Below are positions 55,033 through 61,988 of a stretch of 64,000 bases of DNA, piece after piece (position 1 is the first letter of the stretch; each line of letters starts with the position of its first letter). The position numbers were made by a program, and so were the translations under genes. The DNA is taken from sequence record KJ019152.1; one strand, given 5' to 3'. The notes under the pieces were generated by a model. That model worked only from the letters and a program-made list of their open reading frames with translations, ran no database searches and was not told the DNA's origin.

Positions 55033-55086
55033 AAGAATACCTAACCTATATCTCCCCTATAATACACAGCAAACCTGTGGCACTAG

Positions 55087-55115
55087 TTGCCGCAGGTGTT
55101 TTTATGCGTTATAAT
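55087..55115 (+). promoter_or_regulatory. Sigma70-like promoter TTGCCG-17-TATAAT for the HNH cassette
   Basis: Canonical spacing; the -35 lies in a 10-bp hairpin (ACCTGTGGCA/TGCCGCAGGT). Confidence 0.7.
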
Positions 55116-55147
55116 AATAATACCCCAATAAAACAATAGGTATTATT

Positions 55148-55306
55148 ATGAGTATGATAAAACAGCGCCTGTATGAGGATACAGAGGCGCCTAGCGCAAC
55201 AGATATGGCAGAGTATGAGTTATACTGCTACTACCAAGATATGGTAGAGAGATACAATACTACCGCCCCAGAGAAGTTTTTAGAAGAGGCGTTTGGTAAT
55301 GAGTAA
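55148..55306 (+). CDS. 52-aa acidic microprotein coupled to the HNH gene (not in ORF track)
   Basis: MSMIKQRLYEDTEAPSATDMAEYELYCYYQDMVERYNTTAPEKFLEEAFGNE; its stop overlaps the HNH start (ATGAGTAA). Confidence 0.6.
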   Translation: MSMIKQRLYEDTEAPSATDMAEYELYCYYQDMVERYNTTAPEKFLEEAFGNE

Positions 55307-55892
55307 TACAACCTGCGCTCAGTGTAGCGGCACCCTAGGCAAACGCCAGAAGAAGTTTTGTTGTGTAACCTGCGCCAACCTATACAACGCAGAGGTTTGG
55401 AAGAAACAACATAAAGAGGAATACCCAGATAGGTATATTGTATGTGATATTTGTGGTGTAGAGAAACCGCAAGCAAGGTTTAGTTTGCTAGATAAAACCA
55501 GAGCAACTGGTTGTGAGAGGCGCACAACCTGCAAACCCTGCTCTAAAAATAGAAGAGAGCGAGAGAGAAGAGATAGAGGTTGGCAGCATGATGCCAGAAA
55601 CATACTCTGGCGGGTGAGTAGGGCGAGAGCGAAACGCTGTGGTATAGAATACACAATAACCAAAGAAGATATTGTTATACCAGAGTATTGCCCTGTGTTT
55701 GGTATGAAACTACACAGAGAAGATAGGGCAACTTGGTATGCCGCCCCAAGTATAGATAGAATAGATAATACAAAGGGTTACATACCTGGCAATATTGTTA
55801 TTGTGAGTAGAAGAGCAAATATACTAAAAAAAGATGCTACAATAGAGGAGTTGGTTTTGTTGGCGGAATATTACAAGCGATATAGGGGGTAG
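55299..55892 (+). CDS. Free-standing HNH-like (beta-beta-alpha-metal) endonuclease with two N-terminal Zn fingers; probable homing endonuclease
   Basis: CxxC...CCxxC and CxxC...CxxC; C-terminal 'CPVFG...PSIDRIDNTKGYIPGNIVIVSRRANILK'; inserted in the normally compact g45-g44 interval. Confidence 0.85.
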   Translation: MSNTTCAQCSGTLGKRQKKFCCVTCANLYNAEVWKKQHKEEYPDRYIVCDICGVEKPQARFSLLDKTRATGCERRTTCKPCSKNRRERERRDRGWQHDARNILWRVSRARAKRCGIEYTITKEDIVIPEYCPVFGMKLHREDRATWYAAPSIDRIDNTKGYIPGNIVIVSRRANILKKDATIEELVLLAEYYKRYRG

Positions 55893-55909
55893 GCACGCTG
55901 GGTTATTAC

Positions 55910-55918
55910 TGGTATAAT
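55910..55918 (+). promoter_or_regulatory. Sigma70-like extended -10 (TGG-TATAAT) in a hairpin loop
   Basis: Upstream of the ATG at 55941; flanked by TTACTG...CAG-GAGTAA. Confidence 0.55.
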
Positions 55919-55940
55919 ACAGGAGTAACCCAAACTCACT

Positions 55941-56468
55941 ATGAATATTTTTGTTACAGAGCACTCACCCTATGCTAGTGCAGTTGTATTACCAGATAAA
56001 TACCAAACAAAAATGCCAGTAGAGGCAGCACAGATGCTCTCTATCATCTACTCTCACTGGTATTACAACTGGGGTAAAATTCACAAGGCAAATGGAGAAC
56101 CATACTCTACTGAGAAGGGTGCGTTTCGCAACCACCCCTGCACCAAGTGGGCAGCAGAGAGTATGTACAACACAGCCTGGTTGATCGCTCATGGTCTAGC
56201 ACTCTGTACTGAATACACTGCTAGGTATGGTAAAGTTCACTCTTGTGCTAAGACCTTGTTTGAAGCCAAGAAGATGTTCCATAGATACACTGGTGAGACC
56301 ATCCTATGTTACAATATGGTGGAGGACTTCACCCGTGCCATGCCTGATGAGTTCAAGCTTGACACTGGTATCTCTACCTTTGATGCGTATAAGATGTATA
56401 TTTCATCCAAACCTTGGGTGAAAGACAACTATCTCCGCAAACCTGAACGCAAACCCTCTTGGGTTTGA
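55941..56468 (+). CDS. Pyrimidine-dimer DNA glycosylase (DenV)-like family protein
   Basis: 'MNIFVT', 'LPD....KMP.E..QML', 'HPCT.W', 'L..HG..LC.EY..RYGK.H.C', 'RAMP', 'AY..Y...K'. Confidence 0.7.
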   Translation: MNIFVTEHSPYASAVVLPDKYQTKMPVEAAQMLSIIYSHWYYNWGKIHKANGEPYSTEKGAFRNHPCTKWAAESMYNTAWLIAHGLALCTEYTARYGKVHSCAKTLFEAKKMFHRYTGETILCYNMVEDFTRAMPDEFKLDTGISTFDAYKMYISSKPWVKDNYLRKPERKPSWV

Positions 56469-56489
56469 TTACTTTATTATCTTTTTATT

Positions 56490-57440
56490 ATGAACGAACG
56501 CACTGATTTCCTATGGACAGAGAAATACCGCCCACAGGTTATTGATGATTGTATTCTCCCCGATCACGTAAAGAATACATTCAAGGAGTTTGTTGCTAAG
56601 GGTGAGATCCCTAACCTCTTGTTATCTGGTCCTCCTGGTATTGGTAAGACCACAATTGCCAAAGCTCTTTGTAATGAGATTGGTGCCGACTACTATGTAA
56701 TCAATGGATCCGATGAGGGAAGATTCCTTGATACAGTCCGTAACCAAGCAAAGAACTTTGCTTCCACAATGTCCCTTACCTCGGAAGCAAAACACAAGGT
56801 CATCATTATTGATGAGGCAGATAACACAGGTAGTGATGTTCAGATGTTGCTTCGTGCAAACATCGAGGCATTCTACAAGAACTGTCGTTTCATCTTTACC
56901 TGCAACTATAAGAACAAGATCATCGAACCCCTCCACAGTAGGTGTGCAGTGGTTGAGTTCTCCGCTAAGGGTAAGGATAGACAACAGATCGCCGCGTCCT
57001 TCTTCCAGAGACTCTCTGGTATCTTAGAAAAGGAACATGTAGAGGCTGACAAGAAGGTTCTGGTAGAACTAGTTCAGAAACACTTCCCTGACTTCAGGAG
57101 GGTTCTAAATGAGGTTCAGAGGTATTCCAGTAGTGGTAAGATCGACTCTGGTATCCTAGCAACCTTCTCTGAAGTTAAGGTAGAGGACCTTATCAAACAC
57201 CTTCGTGAGAAGAACTTTGTTGAAGTCCGTAAGTGGGTTGTTGCTAACTTAGATAACGATACTAATAGTATCCTCCGTAAGTTATACGACACCCTATCTA
57301 CACAACTAAAAGGTCCTTCTATCGCTGCTGCTGTATTGGTTATCGCCAAGTATCAGTATCAGGGAGCCTTTGTAGCTGACCAGGAGATCAACCTCCTAGC
57401 AGCTCTAACCGAAATTATGATTGAATGTGAGTTTTCCTAA
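56490..57440 (+). CDS. gp44: Clamp loader large subunit gp44
   Basis: 'LW.EKYRP....DCILP', Walker A 'GPPGIGKTT', 'IIIDEAD', 'IIEPLHSRC'. Confidence 0.98.
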   Translation: MNERTDFLWTEKYRPQVIDDCILPDHVKNTFKEFVAKGEIPNLLLSGPPGIGKTTIAKALCNEIGADYYVINGSDEGRFLDTVRNQAKNFASTMSLTSEAKHKVIIIDEADNTGSDVQMLLRANIEAFYKNCRFIFTCNYKNKIIEPLHSRCAVVEFSAKGKDRQQIAASFFQRLSGILEKEHVEADKKVLVELVQKHFPDFRRVLNEVQRYSSSGKIDSGILATFSEVKVEDLIKHLREKNFVEVRKWVVANLDNDTNSILRKLYDTLSTQLKGPSIAAAVLVIAKYQYQGAFVADQEINLLAALTEIMIECEFS

Positions 57441-57442
57441 TT

Positions 57443-57733
57443 ATGAATGTCAAACTAATCCGTATGAACTCTGGCGAAGATGTTATCGCCGACCTCATCA
57501 GTGAGACTGATGATACACTAGTTCTATCCAACCCTATTGTTTTAGTTCCTGGTCAAGGTGGAACACTAGGTTTCGCACCATGGTCACCAGTTATCTCCCC
57601 AGATGTTAAAGAGATTACTATTCGGGCTAACTATGTTGTATTCATGAGTGAGCCAAATGAGGATGTAGTGGATAACTACAACCAAATCTTTTCCCCCATT
57701 GTCACACCAAGCAGTAAAGGATTAATCTTATGA
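57443..57733 (+). CDS. Sm-like-fold hypothetical protein
   Basis: 'VKLIRM.SGEDVIA', 'L.NP.V', 'GFAPW.P'. Confidence 0.75.
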   Translation: MNVKLIRMNSGEDVIADLISETDDTLVLSNPIVLVPGQGGTLGFAPWSPVISPDVKEITIRANYVVFMSEPNEDVVDNYNQIFSPIVTPSSKGLIL

Positions 57734-57972
57734 TGGATACAGTTGTACTCTATACAAACAACGGTCAGGAGTCGGAGAGAATCCAACAACTACTGACTAG
57801 TGTAGGTGGTGAGTTTCATATCTATACCTTAGATCAAGACTTCACACAGGACCAATTCCGTAAGGAGTTTGGTGTATCTGCGGAATACCCACAGGTCGCC
57901 ATAGGTTATAATCATATTGGGGGTCTCAAGGAAACCCTACATTATCTAACGGACGAAGGACTTATTAAATGA
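57730..57972 (+). CDS. Glutaredoxin-fold protein lacking cysteines
   Basis: 'EYPQV.I....IGGL.E' cis-Pro and GG motifs; 'YTNNGQESER' in place of CxxC. Confidence 0.75.
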   Translation: MMDTVVLYTNNGQESERIQQLLTSVGGEFHIYTLDQDFTQDQFRKEFGVSAEYPQVAIGYNHIGGLKETLHYLTDEGLIK

Positions 57973-58379
57973 CCCTGGAACTCAAAGACTGGTTGAATAG
58001 TTTAAACATGAGTAAGGAAGACCTTATTGATGGAGATCCTGATGTGGAGAAAGAGTATCCACCATTCATTGTCAATAAGTGTATGTCTGGTCAGATGGAC
58101 ACACTTATGTTTGCTAATGAGATGAATAAGTTCCCCTCACTAGATAAAAAGTTACAATATGATTTTTATCTAAATAGTTTGCGGAAGAGAAAGCGTTTCT
58201 CTCCTTGGTTAAGGAAGGATAAGATTAAACACCTTGAGACCGTTCGTAAGTTTTATGGCTTTTCCACTGAAAAAGCAGAACAAGCTTTGAATATTTTATC
58301 CAATGAACAACTTGACTTTATCTATGATAAGCTTGACACTGGGGGAACCAAACCATGCAAACGGACGAAAGGGGGGTAG
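57969..58379 (+). CDS. gp62: Clamp loader small subunit gp62
   Basis: 'LKDWLNS.N..K', 'YPPFIVNKC.S...DT..FANEMN', 'QYDFYLN.LRKRKRFSPW'. Confidence 0.96.
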   Translation: MTLELKDWLNSLNMSKEDLIDGDPDVEKEYPPFIVNKCMSGQMDTLMFANEMNKFPSLDKKLQYDFYLNSLRKRKRFSPWLRKDKIKHLETVRKFYGFSTEKAEQALNILSNEQLDFIYDKLDTGGTKPCKRTKGG

Positions 58380-58783
58380 TATCTTGGGACCCCTCATATA
58401 TGATAGAAGTATTTTTGTCAGAACCTGACGACTTCTTAAAAGTAAGAGAAACTCTTACTCGTATTGGTGTGGCATCTCGCAAAGAGAAGAAGATATATCA
58501 GTCTTGTCATATTCTACATAAACAGGGAAGATACTTTATAGTTCATTTTAAGGAACTCTTTGCCCTTGATGGTAAGCATACTACAATTACCTTGAATGAT
58601 ATACAGAGACGCAATCGTATTGTTAAACTACTATCCGATTGGAACTTGATTGAAGTTTCAGATAGTATCGATATTACAGATGTTGCCCCTCTGAATCAAA
58701 TAAAGGTTCTCTCATATAAAGAAAAGGAAGACTGGATACTGGAACCGAAATATAACATTGGAAGTGTGAAACGTTCAGAATAA
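58355..58783 (+). CDS. regA: Translational repressor RegA
   Basis: 'EPDDFLKVRETLTRIGVASRKEKK.YQSCHILHKQGRYFIVHFKELFALDGK'. Confidence 0.98.
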   Translation: MQTDERGVVSWDPSYMIEVFLSEPDDFLKVRETLTRIGVASRKEKKIYQSCHILHKQGRYFIVHFKELFALDGKHTTITLNDIQRRNRIVKLLSDWNLIEVSDSIDITDVAPLNQIKVLSYKEKEDWILEPKYNIGSVKRSE

Positions 58784-58788
58784 CAGGG

Positions 58789-58816
58789 AGGGGGGGGTAT
58801 CCACACCCCCTTTTTT
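58789..58816 (+). terminator. Intrinsic terminator after regA
   Basis: GGGGGT-atccac-ACCCCC stem followed by T6. Confidence 0.8.
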
Positions 58817-58836
58817 GTGCTTTTTTGTAATTTGGG

Positions 58837-58844
58837 CATAAATA
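58837..58844 (+). promoter_or_regulatory. Late promoter variant CATAAATA upstream of hsp20
   Basis: ATAAATA core; AGGAGA RBS downstream. Confidence 0.55.
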
Positions 58845-58903
58845 GATGAGTAGTTGCCACTCAGGGACTACACCTTATACATCTCGCTTATTAGGAGAAA
58901 CAC

Positions 58904-59347
58904 ATGTCTGGATTAGCACGCTATTATGGTTCTGGGGATATTGAGAAGTTCCTCAAGGACGTTGATAAGTATTCAATCGGAATGGATGAATGGTTCCACA
59001 GGTTCGGAGCACTTCACCAAACAGAAGCAAACTACCCACCCTACAACGTTATTCAGGAGAATGCAGTCTCCTATCGTGTAGAGGTTGCAGTTGCTGGATT
59101 TGCAACAAAAGAACTAGAAGTATTCACAGAGAACAACAAACTCTATGTGGAGGGTCAGAAGGAACTGGCAGAGCCTAAGGAGGGTGAGTCTTATGTCCAT
59201 CGTGGAGTGGCTGCAAGGTCCTTCAAGAGGGTCTGGACCATCTCTGACGACGTGGAAGTGAAGGACGTGGAGGTTTCCAATGGTCTCCTCACCATCCGAC
59301 TCTCTCGTATCGTTCCTGACCACCAGAAGAGACGTTCCTATCTCTGA
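58904..59347 (+). CDS. hsp20: Small heat-shock protein Hsp20
   Basis: 'NYPPYNVI', 'EVAVAGF...ELEV', 'YVHRGVA.RSF.R.W.ISDDVEV......NGLLTI.L.R..P'. Confidence 0.95.
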   Translation: MSGLARYYGSGDIEKFLKDVDKYSIGMDEWFHRFGALHQTEANYPPYNVIQENAVSYRVEVAVAGFATKELEVFTENNKLYVEGQKELAEPKEGESYVHRGVAARSFKRVWTISDDVEVKDVEVSNGLLTIRLSRIVPDHQKRRSYL

Positions 59348-59432
59348 CCTATATACCAGTGAGACTATTTTCTCCGGGAGTATTGATCTCCCAAATATCG
59401 TCGCACCTGGGGGGTCCTGTCACAAAACAGGG

Positions 59433-59460
59433 TTGCCCCCTTTTTGGTGCATGTTATAAT
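59433..59460 (+). promoter_or_regulatory. Sigma70-like promoter TTGCCC-16-TATAAT with TG extension
   Basis: Upstream of the Sm-like genes and g43; preceded by TGTCAC. Confidence 0.7.
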
Positions 59461-59475
59461 ATAGTATAAACTAAA

Positions 59476-59862
59476 ATGAACAATGATTATGATAGGGAAC
59501 TTCCTTCCCCAACCGGATCTACGGGGGCAGTTGAACTAATGATTGAATCTATTGACCAGATGAGCAACAATGATCCAGTAGTAAAACTAGTTCTACTGAA
59601 GAATAATGAAACTATTATTGCTGAGGTTCGTGAGAGTATTGATGGAAGTAGTGTTCAGCTCATTGACCCTCGTGTAGTTCTACTACAGGCAGCAAGACCA
59701 TCTGATGACGGACAGACCACAACAACTGCCATCTCATATACCGACTGGTTACCTTTGTCTGAGAGTAGAAACTTCACTATTGCTGGTGATTATGTGGTCC
59801 TTATCACTGATCCCATTGAAAGTTTAGTAGAAAGTTATACACAGGCACGACAAAATGGATGA
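59476..59862 (+). CDS. Sm-like-fold hypothetical protein
   Basis: 'VKLVLLKNNETIIAEV', 'L.DPRVV', 'W.PLS', 'VV.I.DP...L...Y'. Confidence 0.75.
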   Translation: MNNDYDRELPSPTGSTGAVELMIESIDQMSNNDPVVKLVLLKNNETIIAEVRESIDGSSVQLIDPRVVLLQAARPSDDGQTTTTAISYTDWLPLSESRNFTIAGDYVVLITDPIESLVESYTQARQNG

Positions 59863-60136
59863 AACTATTAGAGTATTGGTCTTGACCAATGGAAAAGTCC
59901 TTATCAGTAAGATCGAAGAGATAGGAGGTGCTGATATCGGGGAGCCAGACTGCCGTCTAACCGACCCAGTATGGTATAATGATGAGGTGGAGGAAATGAC
60001 TGAAGGGTTCAAACGCTTTCCTGGTAAGGGGATAACACCCGATACCAAGTTGGCCATCTCTTCTGTCAATATCTTGACTCTGGTTACCCCAGATAATAAA
60101 CTCCTCAGTGAATACCTCGTGTTTATTAGTGATTAA
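59855..60136 (+). CDS. Sm-like-fold hypothetical protein
   Basis: 'LVL.NG.VLIS.IEE.GGADIGEPDC.L..P', 'ILT.V.P...L...Y'. Confidence 0.75.
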   Translation: MDETIRVLVLTNGKVLISKIEEIGGADIGEPDCRLTDPVWYNDEVEEMTEGFKRFPGKGITPDTKLAISSVNILTLVTPDNKLLSEYLVFISD

Positions 60137-61611
60137 TGTCTAACAAGTTCTACACCAATGTTCAGCTTTATGGTAACAACATCCTCCTACGCGGGTATGA
60201 GAACGGAGAGAAGTTTCACACTAGGGAACAATACTCTCCCACACTATATGTGAGTTCTAAGAAACCTAGTGAGTGGAAAACACTTACTGGTGAGAATGTT
60301 CAACCAGTGAAACCCGGATCTATTAGAGATTGTAGGGATTTTATCAAGAAGTATAAAGATGTAGAGAACTTTAATGTGTTTGGTAATGAGAGGTTTGCCT
60401 TTCAATACATTGCAGACAACTATCCTGGGGAGATTGAATATGATCCTCAGTTGATTAATATCTTGAGTTTGGATATTGAGGTTGAGTCTGAACATGGTTT
60501 CCCAGATCCAGAGTCTGCTAATGAGGAAGTACTACTCATTACTATTCAGGACTATGTTACCAAACAAATCATTACTTGGGGTCAGATAAAGCATGGGGAG
60601 TTTGATAACCAACAGGATAATGTAGATTTCCGTCCCTGTGAGAGTGAGTATCACCTACTGAGTGCCTTTATTCAGTGGTGGCAACAGAACCCACCTGATG
60701 TTATCACTGGGTGGAACATTGACTATTACGATATTCCATACCTCGTTAGACGTATGAAGAGGGTGTTGGGTGATAAACTAGCAAGCACTATCTCCCCTTG
60801 GAAGTTCGTAACAGACGAAGAGCACTTCTTCAAGGGTATGAATAAACTATATTATAATATCGCTGGTATTACCCAACTAGACTACCTAGTTTTATACACT
60901 AAGTTCACATATACGAACCAAGAGTCATACAGACTAGACCACATTGCTAATGTGGAGTTGGGTCAGCAGAAGTTAGACCACTCTGAGTTTGAAACTTTCA
61001 AAGACTTCTACCGAAAAGGTTGGCAGAAGTTCGTAGAATATAACATCGTTGACGTGGAACTGGTTGACAGGATGGAAGAGAAGTTGAAACTCATTGACCT
61101 TGCCATCACTATGGCGTTCGATGCCAAGGTTAACTTCCAGGATGTATTCTCACAGGTGAGACTATGGGATACTATTATCTACAACTATCTCAGAGATAGA
61201 AACATTGTTATCCCTCAGAAGGAACAGACTAGTAAGAGTGAGAAGTTCGCTGGAGCATATGTAAAAGAACCCAAACCCGGTCTATATGAATGGGTGGTGT
61301 CCTTTGACCTCAACTCCCTGTATCCTCACCTACTAATGCAATACAACATCTCTCCAGAAACATTGATGGAAGAGAGGTGTCCTAATATCTCCATTGAAAA
61401 GGTTCTCAATGAAGAAGTAACCTTTGAGATGTATAAAGACTATGCTGTTTGTCCTAATGGGGCAATGTATCGCAAAGATGTCCGCGGGTTCCTACCAACC
61501 CTAATGGAAAAGATGTATGATGAACGAAAGGCGTTCAAACAAAAGATGTTGAAGTCCAAACAAATCCTCGTTGATATCGAGGCTGAAATGAAAAGAAGAG
61601 GTGTATTATGA
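60136..61611 (+). CDS. gp43: DNA polymerase gp43, N-terminal half (43A-like: exonuclease to first fingers helix)
   Basis: Exo I 'LDIEV', Exo II 'GWN...YDIPY', Exo III 'YNIVDV', motif A 'SFDLNSLYPH'; stops after 'EMKRRGVL'. Confidence 0.95.
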   Translation: MSNKFYTNVQLYGNNILLRGYENGEKFHTREQYSPTLYVSSKKPSEWKTLTGENVQPVKPGSIRDCRDFIKKYKDVENFNVFGNERFAFQYIADNYPGEIEYDPQLINILSLDIEVESEHGFPDPESANEEVLLITIQDYVTKQIITWGQIKHGEFDNQQDNVDFRPCESEYHLLSAFIQWWQQNPPDVITGWNIDYYDIPYLVRRMKRVLGDKLASTISPWKFVTDEEHFFKGMNKLYYNIAGITQLDYLVLYTKFTYTNQESYRLDHIANVELGQQKLDHSEFETFKDFYRKGWQKFVEYNIVDVELVDRMEEKLKLIDLAITMAFDAKVNFQDVFSQVRLWDTIIYNYLRDRNIVIPQKEQTSKSEKFAGAYVKEPKPGLYEWVVSFDLNSLYPHLLMQYNISPETLMEERCPNISIEKVLNEEVTFEMYKDYAVCPNGAMYRKDVRGFLPTLMEKMYDERKAFKQKMLKSKQILVDIEAEMKRRGVL

Positions 61612-61766
61612 GTTTTCGTCACAAAACATATGGTGGTCTAGTTCATTATGACCACAATGATAAGATTATAGTCATTGAACGTCGATTGAATCCAATGCAA
61701 CATCACGCTATGCTTGTGAGTAAGTTGAAGGAAGAGTATCCAGAGTATCAAGTAGTTACTGGATAG
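61608..61766 (+). CDS. 52-aa ORF inside the split polymerase locus (not in ORF track)
   Basis: ATGA overlap with the 43A stop; MSFRHKTYGGLVHYDHNDKIIVIERRLNPMQHHAMLVSKLKEEYPEYQVVTG. Confidence 0.6.
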   Translation: MSFRHKTYGGLVHYDHNDKIIVIERRLNPMQHHAMLVSKLKEEYPEYQVVTG

Positions 61767-61981
61767 TGAGTGGTTTAGTTGCTGAGATTATGCAAGTCGT
61801 TACTATGATTACTATGCTATTCAATATGTGCAATAGTAATGAGTTCAACAGACAAGCATGTATGAAAGACTGGGATACTTGGTTATTACCTGAGATATCC
61901 CGTGCGTGGCAAATTAAAACAGGTCAGGAAGCCCCTTACCAAAACGAGGAAGATGTGGTAGAATGGCACCAACAGCAGTGA
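61766..61981 (+). CDS. Second small ORF inside the split polymerase locus
   Basis: GTG start overlaps the previous TAG; hydrophobic N-terminus and two Cys (MCN...QAC). Confidence 0.6.
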   Translation: MSGLVAEIMQVVTMITMLFNMCNSNEFNRQACMKDWDTWLLPEISRAWQIKTGQEAPYQNEEDVVEWHQQQ

Positions 61982-61988
61982 GGTTCTT

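Noticed and set aside
55055-56040. UV-protection explanation for the TC depletion (it abuts a DenV-like gene)
   Set aside because: TT, CT and CC remain common, the template strand is pyrimidine-rich, and it does not explain the loss of GAC.
61612-61988. Group I intron or gene-60-type ribosomal bypass joining the polymerase halves
   Set aside because: I could not recognise group I core elements or an intron endonuclease. The gap is filled by chained ORFs, and the only matched GGT take-off codon is not directly followed by the stop. It is not formally excluded without RT-PCR.
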